A DNA stretch of 64,000 bases from an uncultured Thiothrix sp. (GTDB lineage: Bacteria; Pseudomonadota; Gammaproteobacteria; Thiotrichales; Thiotrichaceae): assembly GCF_937876535.1 (NCBI RefSeq), contig NZ_CALFHZ010000014.1, forward strand, positions 1,343-65,342, read 5' to 3'. A program made the translations under genes and the position numbers. This document shows, in pieces, positions 40,511-47,828 of the stretch (positions within the stretch are counted from its first letter, which is position 1; each line of letters opens with the position of its first letter). Below the pieces are notes generated by a model. That model saw only the letters and a list, made by a program, of their open reading frames with translations, searched no databases and had not been told where the DNA came from.

Positions 40511-42222
40511 AGACAATAAACTAATAAACCGATAATGAGGAGCAACTCCAACCCCGCTAACCATTTCCAAAACTTCAAAGGATTACGTTCTAGTAGCGGG
40601 CGTTGGCGTTGATTAGCCAGTAAGCCCTCATTCGGGCGGGTTAAATCGGCAATAAACTCGGACAACACCTCATAACGCTTATCGGGATTCGGCTGAGTGG
40701 CTTTTTCCAAGGCCGCATCCACCCATTCCGGCACTTTGGGGTTATGCCAAGCGGCAGGCGTGTAATTAAATTTATGCTTGCTGGCCTTTTCCGGTTCAAT
40801 TTCGCCAAAGGGCAATTGTTCGGTCAGCATTTCGTAGGCAATCACGCCCAAGGAAAAAATATCCGAGCGATTGGTACCGCGTGCGCCCTGAAAATATTCA
40901 GGTGCGGAATAACTCGCCGTGCCGACAATATGGTTATGCTGCAACACGGTTTGCACCTCCATTAAACCCGCTATGCATGTCGAACCAAAGTCGATGATTT
41001 TTAAAGTATTATGCTGATCAATCAACACATTATCCGGCTTTAAATCCTGATGAATCATCTCCAAGCGATGCATAGCCCGCAAACCCCGCGCCATCTGATC
41101 CACCGTCGCCCGCACCTGTGCAATGCTGGGGTCGGGATGATCGAGCATCCATTGGCGTAAGGTCTGCCCTGCCACATATTCAACCACACTATACAAGCAA
41201 GTACGTGCCCGAGCATCGCGGGTTTGCAGCTTAATCAAATGCGGCGAATTAAGGCGTTGTGCTACCCATTCTTCATGCAAAAACAGGTCAATATAAGCCA
41301 GATCATCATTAAAATTTTGCGAAGGGGTTTTCAGTACTACTTGCTGATTTTGGTTGAACGTGTCTTCGGCTAAATAAACTTGGCTGCGAGACGTGGCGTT
41401 CAATTCGCGTAGAATTTTATAGCCATCTAGCACCTGCCCCGCTTTTAAATCGGGCGGAAACGGTAATTGGCTGAGCTGCTGATAAAACAACTCACGATTC
41501 ACCTCCGGTAAGGAGTCAATGCGCACAATTTGGCAGGTAATATTATCTTGGCTATTGGCTTCTAGTGCGGCTTGGACAATCTGCTCGGCGCAAGTTTGTA
41601 GATCAGGATAAGCAGTTAATTGTTGTGCTAAAGCGCTATCACTCAATACATCATGCACCCCATCGGTGGTGAGCACGAACACATCGCCTTGGCTCAATTC
41701 GAGGGTGCGAAAATCAATTTCTAAATGCGGCTCAATCCCCAAGGCGCGGGCTAAATAACTTTGTTGATTTTTAAATGGAATACGGTGATCGGTGGTCAGA
41801 CACTCCAGAGCGCCCTTTTGCCAGCGGTAAATGCGACTATCACCAATATGCAACACATAAGCGCTGTGGGATTTTAAAATCAAGGCGCTAAAGGTGGTGG
41901 CGAGGCTGCCTGTTTCGCCGTATTGGCGTTGACCTTGGCTATAGAGCCAGAGATTTAACGCACTTAAAACTTTTTGTGCGGCGTGTTTCACCGTCCACGA
42001 ATCGGGCGTGCTGGCGTAATCCTCTAGAAATTGCCGAACCGCGACTTCGCTGGCTTGTTTGCCGCCTGTACTGGCGCTCACGCCATCAGCAATAGCAAGA
42101 GCCATACCCTTGCTATCTAAACTTACACCCGACGGTAGCCAAGCACTGTAAAAATCCTCATTGACCGATTTCACACCTGCGATTGAGGCTTGTCCGAGAC
42201 TGACCGTGAGGGTGGCTTTCAA
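40507..42222 (-). CDS. Bifunctional PP2C phosphatase / Ser-Thr protein kinase with a C-terminal TM anchor
   Basis: PP2C motifs are NEDF, IADGVS, TTDGVHD and SQDNITC. Kinase motifs are VVLKTP, HQDLKPDNVLI and IIDFGS. The hydrophobic tail is LLLIIGLLVYCL. The TTG start lies 1 nt after the narK stop. Confidence 0.85.
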   Translation of the reverse strand: MKATLTVSLGQASIAGVKSVNEDFYSAWLPSGVSLDSKGMALAIADGVSASTGGKQASEVAVRQFLEDYASTPDSWTVKHAAQKVLSALNLWLYSQGQRQYGETGSLATTFSALILKSHSAYVLHIGDSRIYRWQKGALECLTTDHRIPFKNQQSYLARALGIEPHLEIDFRTLELSQGDVFVLTTDGVHDVLSDSALAQQLTAYPDLQTCAEQIVQAALEANSQDNITCQIVRIDSLPEVNRELFYQQLSQLPFPPDLKAGQVLDGYKILRELNATSRSQVYLAEDTFNQNQQVVLKTPSQNFNDDLAYIDLFLHEEWVAQRLNSPHLIKLQTRDARARTCLYSVVEYVAGQTLRQWMLDHPDPSIAQVRATVDQMARGLRAMHRLEMIHQDLKPDNVLIDQHNTLKIIDFGSTCIAGLMEVQTVLQHNHIVGTASYSAPEYFQGARGTNRSDIFSLGVIAYEMLTEQLPFGEIEPEKASKHKFNYTPAAWHNPKVPEWVDAALEKATQPNPDKRYEVLSEFIADLTRPNEGLLANQRQRPLLERNPLKFWKWLAGLELLLIIGLLVYCL

Positions 42223-42223
42223 G

Positions 42224-43705
42224 TTATTTCACCTCGATCATTTGTACGGTACCATCGGGCAACACTTCTGCAATCGCGCCTTGGGGTTCCTTCAAAAACA
42301 GCATAATGAATAGCAATACGATAAGCGCCATGCCGCCGATGGTCATGAAGAAAATTGGTGTATTAAAGGTGGCAAGCACCGTTAAAAACACCACACCACC
42401 TACATTGCCATACGCGCCCACCATACCTGCGATTTGTCCGGTTAAACGCCGTTGAATCAAGGGCACCATGGCATACACCGCGCCCGATCCGGCTTTGGAG
42501 AAAATCCCGCCCAAAGTCGCAGCAATAATCACCATCAACACCGTCCACGACGAATCGACTTGACCCAAGAATAAGAAGCTCGCGGCGATACCGATAAATA
42601 CCACGATCAAAGTCATCTTGCGCCCAAAACGATCACTAATAAAACCACCTGCCGGACGCGCCACCAGATTAATAAAGGCATAAGAGCCAGCTAACATGCC
42701 CGCTGTCACTTTATCCAAGCCAAAATTATCCACGTAAAATAGTGCCAGCATCGACACGACCGCGAGTTCTGTACCAAAGGTCACCATATAGGCCAAATCT
42801 AAAATCGCGACTTGAGTAAAGGAATAACGTTGTAATTCGGGTACCTGCTCTTTTAAGACGTGCTTATTCAATTGCCAGATTTTCCACACTTGGAATAAAT
42901 AAGTGGCGAGTAACACCGCATATAAAATCACCGTAGTAGTTTCGGACAGCATTTTCATTTTGGCTGGCGATAAACTATGCACCACTAAAGCCAAGGCCGC
43001 GTACATGGGGATATTCATGATTATGTAGAGCACTAAATCAAAGCCGTTGCTCACTTCCAGTGCGCCGGTTTTCTTAGGCTTGAAATAGGTGGAGCCTTTG
43101 GGCGTATTGCGTACGCGCCAGTAGTAAAATAAGCCGTAAGCTATCGAGATTAAACCGACTAAAGCCACTGCATAACGCCAACCATATTCGCCGCCAATTA
43201 ACACCGCAATCGAAGGCAATAAAAACGCCGCGCCCGCTGAGCCAAAATTACCCCAGCCACCGTAAATCCCTTGGGCAATCCCGGTTTGACGTGCCGGAAA
43301 CCATTCGGCAATTAAGCGAATCCCGACCACAAAACCCGCGCCCACGAATCCAGCTAGAAAGCGCGTTAAGGCCAGTTGTTGGTAATCTTGGGCTAAGGCA
43401 AACGCTAAGGTAATCAAACCGCCAATAATCAAAATCGCGGTATACATAATGCGCGGGCCATAACGATCCACTAGCATCCCGACCACAATGCGCGCCGGAA
43501 TAGTCAAAGCCACATTTAAGGTGAGCAGGGTTTTGACCTGAATATCCGTGAGTTGCAAGGATTCCCGAATAAAGGGCATGAGTGGGGCGTGGACAAACCA
43601 CACCATGAAACTGACGAAAAACGCCAGCCAGCCTAAATGCAAGGTGCGAATATTCGCCTTGGAGAAATCGAACAGATTAAATCGTTCAGGGTTATTGTTT
43701 GCCAT
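42224..43705 (-). CDS. narK: MFS nitrate/nitrite transporter (NarK/NasA family)
   Basis: 493 aa, 12 TM, with nitrate-signature Gly-rich segments (GGWGNFGSAGA, AYGNVGGV). It sits in the nas cluster. Confidence 0.9.
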   Translation of the reverse strand: MANNNPERFNLFDFSKANIRTLHLGWLAFFVSFMVWFVHAPLMPFIRESLQLTDIQVKTLLTLNVALTIPARIVVGMLVDRYGPRIMYTAILIIGGLITLAFALAQDYQQLALTRFLAGFVGAGFVVGIRLIAEWFPARQTGIAQGIYGGWGNFGSAGAAFLLPSIAVLIGGEYGWRYAVALVGLISIAYGLFYYWRVRNTPKGSTYFKPKKTGALEVSNGFDLVLYIIMNIPMYAALALVVHSLSPAKMKMLSETTTVILYAVLLATYLFQVWKIWQLNKHVLKEQVPELQRYSFTQVAILDLAYMVTFGTELAVVSMLALFYVDNFGLDKVTAGMLAGSYAFINLVARPAGGFISDRFGRKMTLIVVFIGIAASFLFLGQVDSSWTVLMVIIAATLGGIFSKAGSGAVYAMVPLIQRRLTGQIAGMVGAYGNVGGVVFLTVLATFNTPIFFMTIGGMALIVLLFIMLFLKEPQGAIAEVLPDGTVQMIEVK

Positions 43706-43725
43706 ATCAAAACCTCAGAGCCTAT

Positions 43726-43848
43726 AAAAACAAAAAGCCCTGACCCAAGTTGGCGGAGGAGGTTACCAACTCAGATCAGGGCTACATTACCCGCTTGTTA
43801 AGCACGCACATGGTACTTAGGGAGTGTGCTTCGACGTTGAAACTGCAC
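43726..43848 (-). promoter_or_regulatory. narK leader: ANTAR-type hexaloop hairpins overlapping an intrinsic terminator
   Basis: Read on the minus strand. Hairpin GGGT-AATGTA-GCCC (43779-43792) has a loop with A1 and G4. Its 3' arm begins the terminator stem GCCCTGATCTGAGTTGG...CCAACTTGGGTCAGGGC, which is followed by TTTTTGTTTTT (43726-43782). A candidate first hairpin with loop AACGTC lies at 43826-43848. Confidence 0.7.
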
Positions 43849-43862
43849 TTTAATGTTTGCAC

Positions 43863-43878
43863 TGCAATATCAATGCCA
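43863..43878 (-). promoter_or_regulatory. Sigma54 promoter for narK
   Basis: The minus strand reads TGGCATTGATATTGCA, an exact -24 GG / -12 GC register. The predicted transcription start lies a few nt before the first leader hairpin. Confidence 0.7.
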
Positions 43879-43989
43879 ACTTAAAGTGAGTAACAGACTG
43901 CATTCCTTAGCATTTATTAGGAAAACTGGGCGCTAAGGCGTTTTTGCATTACATTGTTGAGTCTAATTTTTAACTTGTGTGCCTACTCT

Positions 43990-45078
43990 ATGACTCATGC
44001 CAATCTTCGCCCACCACTTTGGACGCTCATTGCGCCCGCCCTAACCTTGTGCTTATTAGCCCTACAATTCACGGGCTTTGAATTCAACGGTTGGTATAGT
44101 GCAGCCCTTGCGATTGGTTTAATGGCGAGTGTGTTAGCGGCGGTGCATCATGCTGAAGTCATAGCCTATGGGATTGGTGAACCCTTTGGGACTTTAGTCT
44201 TAGCACTTGCGGTCACAGTGATTGAGGTGTCCTTGATTGTGTCGATTATGATGAGTGCGGAGTCGGGGGCAACCGTATTAGCGCGTGACACGGTCTTTGC
44301 CACCGTCATGATCATTTTAAATTTAATCGTGGGTTTGAGCTTTTTAATTGGCGGAATTCGCTTTGGAGAACAGCGCTTTATTTTAACCGGCAGCTACACC
44401 GCCCTCACCACCCTAGCCGCGATTATAGTCTTGACTTTAATCCTACCTAATTACACCACCAGCATGTCGGGGCCGCGTTACACCGATAGCCAATTGGTAT
44501 TTGTCGCGATTGTGTCCTTGGTGTTGTACATCCTATTCGTGTTTGTGCAAGCGGTGCGCCATCGCGATTACTTCCTCAATACCCAAATGCGCGAAGAAGC
44601 CGAACAGCAAGCCGCAGTACCCATTAAACTACTGATCATCAGTGGTTTATTTTTATTATTAAGTTTGGTCAGCGTGGTGTTAGCAGCCAAACTACTCTCG
44701 CCCGAAGTGAAAACCTTTGTGCACGCGATTGGTGCACCGGAAGTATTAGTTGGGGTCATTATCGCTACGATTGTGCTATTGCCCGAAGGTGTTGCCGCGC
44801 TACGTGCTGCTGCCAATAATCAACTCCAAACCAGTCTCAACCTCGCCTTTGGTTCTGCCCTCGCTACGATTGGTTTAACCATTCCGGTAGTAGCCATAGT
44901 TGCGATTGCAATGGATATGACTTTGGTCTTGGGCTTAGATAGTAAATCAATTGTGCTCTTGGTGTTATCGCTATTTGTGACCTCGCTTTCGATGAGTACC
45001 GGGCGCGTGACCGTGATGCAGGGGGCGGTGCATTTGGTGATTTTCGCGACTTATTTGTTTATGACGATTGTGCCTTAG
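43990..45078 (+). CDS. chaA: Ca2+/H+ antiporter (ChaA/CAX family)
   Basis: About 11 TM, with two alpha-repeat regions (GEPFGTLVLALAVTVIEV and LLPEGVAALRAA). I prefer the ATG at 43990 over the TTG at 43954. Confidence 0.8.
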   Translation: MTHANLRPPLWTLIAPALTLCLLALQFTGFEFNGWYSAALAIGLMASVLAAVHHAEVIAYGIGEPFGTLVLALAVTVIEVSLIVSIMMSAESGATVLARDTVFATVMIILNLIVGLSFLIGGIRFGEQRFILTGSYTALTTLAAIIVLTLILPNYTTSMSGPRYTDSQLVFVAIVSLVLYILFVFVQAVRHRDYFLNTQMREEAEQQAAVPIKLLIISGLFLLLSLVSVVLAAKLLSPEVKTFVHAIGAPEVLVGVIIATIVLLPEGVAALRAAANNQLQTSLNLAFGSALATIGLTIPVVAIVAIAMDMTLVLGLDSKSIVLLVLSLFVTSLSMSTGRVTVMQGAVHLVIFATYLFMTIVP

Positions 45079-45093
45079 GCTAAGGAGCAGGCA

Positions 45094-45423
45094 ATGAAAA
45101 AGGTAACTATTGAAGAAGCAGAAAATGATTTGGTCAATCTAATTGATGTTGTTGAGAGAGGTGAAGATGTTCATTTAACTAAAAATGGCGAATCTGTAGC
45201 TGTGTTGATTGCTGAGGAACGCTATCAAGAGCTACTTGACGGCAATAAACAGATCTTTAATGCGATTATGCGGTGGCGTGCTCAACATCAATATATCGAA
45301 GTAAGTGATGAAGAAATTGCAAGTTGGCGCACTGGTTCAATTAATCATCAAACACAGAATATTGTTGAGTTACTTGCTATGGAACAGGATATTGAATTTG
45401 AGCCACCAAAATTTTTAAATTAA
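45094..45423 (+). CDS. Phd/YefM-like antitoxin-fold protein with an extended C-terminus
   Basis: The N-terminus MKKVTIEEAENDLVNLIDVVERGEDVHLTKNGESVAVLI follows the Phd/YefM pattern. A strong RBS AAGGAG is present. No canonical toxin ORF follows. Confidence 0.55.
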   Translation: MKKVTIEEAENDLVNLIDVVERGEDVHLTKNGESVAVLIAEERYQELLDGNKQIFNAIMRWRAQHQYIEVSDEEIASWRTGSINHQTQNIVELLAMEQDIEFEPPKFLN

Positions 45424-45514
45424 TTTTTTGAAATAACTATCTTGCTATTTGAAACCTCAGATCAATTACAGTTTCATTTTTAGTTTTTACCTCTGGAAGC
45501 AAGAGATATCGTTT

Positions 45515-45523
45515 TGGTATAAT
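45515..45523 (+). promoter_or_regulatory. Candidate extended -10 promoter (TGgTATAAT) for the OLD-family gene
   Basis: TGGTATAAT lies 31 nt upstream of the ATG at 45554. There is no good -35. Confidence 0.35.
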
Positions 45524-45553
45524 TTTTATCAAACCCCAAAGGATAAAAGTATC

Positions 45554-47647
45554 ATGACTACTAAGCTCTTGCGTTTTAAAGTAGAAAATTTTCGCTCGGT
45601 AGAGAACTCGTGTTGGATAGAAATATCTGATGTTAATTGCTTGGTAGGAACAAACGAGTCTGGTAAAACAAATTTACTATTGGCTCTTTGGAAAATGAAG
45701 CCTGCTAATAAAGAGCTAATCACCCCCTTAGAGGATTATCCGAGAAAAAAATATGCTGACTACAAAGATACCTTAGGAGATGAGATTTTTATAACATGTG
45801 AGTTTGAGTTATCACACTCCACAACACATAAACTAGAAAAGCTAACAGGCTGGAATCAGAGCTTTTTTAAAAAGATGCTTTTAGCGAGATCTTATAAAGG
45901 CAGCTATAGCTATAACTATTTAAGCGATTCAGCTCCATCCTTTTCAAAGGAAAAACTAATTTCTTTATTAGATAGCATTGATGAAAAGGAATCTGAGGAA
46001 GAAGATAGTTTGACATCTGTTAGAGCTACTCTAGCCAGTTACCATGATTATCTGAATGAAAAAGACTTAAGCGCAATATATAATAATTTAAAGGAAAAAT
46101 TCGATGAAGGTGAAATAAGTAAAATAATCAATCCTCTATTAAAAACAATTGATAAAAAATATATAAGTCTAGACAAAGAAACTTTTTTTGCATTATACCA
46201 AGCTCTCCCAACTTTTGTTTACTACTCTGACTACGGAAATTTAGATTCCGAGATATACTTACCCCATGTCATAAAAAACTTTGAACGTACTGATTTAGGA
46301 GAAAAAGAGCGGTCAAAAGCTCGAAGCTTAAAAGTACTCTTTGAATTTGTTAATTTATCCCCAGAAGAAATTCTGGAGTTAGGCAAAGAAGCGTTACCTA
46401 TTAGAGTTATTACGAATACTGTTTACCATCATAATCAAACTCAAAAAACCTCAGAGACGCTGGAGGAACCACAAGAAGATGATATCGAAACTGTAAAAGC
46501 TAATAAAAAAGAGCGTGAGGTACTTTTACAATCAGCATCCACAAAGCTAACTAGCAAATTTAAAGAGTGGTGGAAACAGGGAAATTATCGCTTTAGATTT
46601 CAAGCTGATGGTAATCACTTTAGAATCTGGGTTAGTGATGAAATCCGTACTGAAGAAGTAGAGTTAGAAGGAAGAAGTCGTGGTTTACAATGGTTTTTTA
46701 GCTTCTTTCTTGTATTTTTAGTAGAAAGCAAAGATAGTCATGAAAATTGCATTTTACTCTTAGATGAACCAGGAATATCTTTACATCCTATTGCACAAAG
46801 CGATTTATTAACATTTTTCCAATCATTATCCGAGAGTAACCAACTTATTTATACTACCCACTCACCATTTCTAGTTGATTCGGATAATCTAGGCGATGTT
46901 CATGCAGTGTACGTCAGTAAAGAGGGTAAAACACTAGTCTCATCTGATCTCAGGGCTAACAAAGCCATTGCTGAAAAGTCTATCTATCCAATTCATGCGG
47001 CAATTGGACTAACTGTTTCTGAAACTATGTTAATAGGTTGTCAGCCAGTTTTAGTAGAAGGTCCTTCAGATCAAATTTACTTTTCTCTAATTAAACTTTA
47101 TATGATCAAAAACGGTTTTTATAAAAATAGTAAGGAGCTGGTTTTTATTCCAACTGGTGGAATTAGAGGTATGTCGCCTATCATTAGTATTTTAAGTGGG
47201 CGCGAAAATGACCTACCTTTTGTTATATTAGATTCCGATAAGTCAGGAAAAGACAAGTATAACAATCTAAAAGGTGATTTGTATGCGGACTCTCAGAAAA
47301 AGCTCATTGCAGTTGACAAATACTTAAATGCAGGTAATTGGGAAATTGAGGATTTAATGCCCACTGCTGAGTTAGCACGACTATTTTCTAGAACATATCG
47401 TATGAAAGAAACAGAAGATGAGTTTGAGGATATTTTTGACTCTAAGCTTCCTATACTTCCCCAAATGGAAAAATATGCTCAAGACAATCAATATGCTCTA
47501 GCTCAAGGCTGGAAAGTTGAATTAGCAAAAGATCTTCGTAGTAGCTTTAAAAAGCTTTCTGATAAAGGAATTGATGACAATATAGTAAAAATTTGGCGAG
47601 CAATATTTGATCAGCTCACCGGCAATCAACCAAGCAATCTAACCTAA
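45554..47647 (+). CDS. OLD-family nuclease: ABC-type ATPase fused to a C-terminal TOPRIM domain
   Basis: The Walker A is GTNESGKTN, the signature-like segment is RSRGLQWFFSFFLVF, the Walker B is ILLLDEPGISLHP and the H-loop is YTTHSPF. The TOPRIM domain has VLVEGPSDQ and ILDSDKSG. I chose the ATG at 45554 (AAAGGA RBS); the upstream TTG extension looks non-coding. Confidence 0.85.
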   Translation: MTTKLLRFKVENFRSVENSCWIEISDVNCLVGTNESGKTNLLLALWKMKPANKELITPLEDYPRKKYADYKDTLGDEIFITCEFELSHSTTHKLEKLTGWNQSFFKKMLLARSYKGSYSYNYLSDSAPSFSKEKLISLLDSIDEKESEEEDSLTSVRATLASYHDYLNEKDLSAIYNNLKEKFDEGEISKIINPLLKTIDKKYISLDKETFFALYQALPTFVYYSDYGNLDSEIYLPHVIKNFERTDLGEKERSKARSLKVLFEFVNLSPEEILELGKEALPIRVITNTVYHHNQTQKTSETLEEPQEDDIETVKANKKEREVLLQSASTKLTSKFKEWWKQGNYRFRFQADGNHFRIWVSDEIRTEEVELEGRSRGLQWFFSFFLVFLVESKDSHENCILLLDEPGISLHPIAQSDLLTFFQSLSESNQLIYTTHSPFLVDSDNLGDVHAVYVSKEGKTLVSSDLRANKAIAEKSIYPIHAAIGLTVSETMLIGCQPVLVEGPSDQIYFSLIKLYMIKNGFYKNSKELVFIPTGGIRGMSPIISILSGRENDLPFVILDSDKSGKDKYNNLKGDLYADSQKKLIAVDKYLNAGNWEIEDLMPTAELARLFSRTYRMKETEDEFEDIFDSKLPILPQMEKYAQDNQYALAQGWKVELAKDLRSSFKKLSDKGIDDNIVKIWRAIFDQLTGNQPSNLT

Positions 47648-47654
47648 ATAGAAC

Positions 47655-47670
47655 TGGCACAACCCTTGCA
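47655..47670 (+). promoter_or_regulatory. Sigma54 promoter for nirBD-nasA
   Basis: TGGCACAACCCTTGCA is a near-perfect match to TGGCAC-N5-TTGCA. It begins 8 nt after the OLD gene stop. Confidence 0.75.
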
Positions 47671-47722
47671 TCATCTCTCCTAAACCAGCTGCCCAAGTCA
47701 ACGGCGACTCTCGCAGCATCTT

Positions 47723-47815
47723 CACGCACTGAAGCGTGATTTCAACCACATTCGGGTAATGAAGCCCTGAACCTCTCTGTCCTTGGATAGCAGCGGTTCA
47801 GGGCTTTTTTGTTTT
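47723..47815 (+). promoter_or_regulatory. nirB leader: dual ANTAR hexaloop hairpins plus an intrinsic terminator
   Basis: Hairpin 1 is CACGC-ACTGAA-GCGTG (47723-47738). Hairpin 2 is GGGT-AATGAA-GCCC (within 47751-47770). Both loops have A1 and G4. The 3' arm of hairpin 2 is also the 5' arm of the terminator GCCCTGAACC...GGTTCAGGGC followed by TTTTTTGTTTT (47764-47815). Confidence 0.8.
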
Positions 47816-47828
47816 CAGGAGAAGCGAC

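Noticed and set aside
45449-45553. 35-codon N-terminal extension of the OLD-family ORF from a TTG.
   Set aside because: The extension is Phe/Tyr/Ser-rich and AT-rich, contains a promoter-like TGgTATAAT and precedes a normal RBS and ATG at 45554. From that ATG the ATPase N-terminus (LLRFKVENFRSV) begins as expected.
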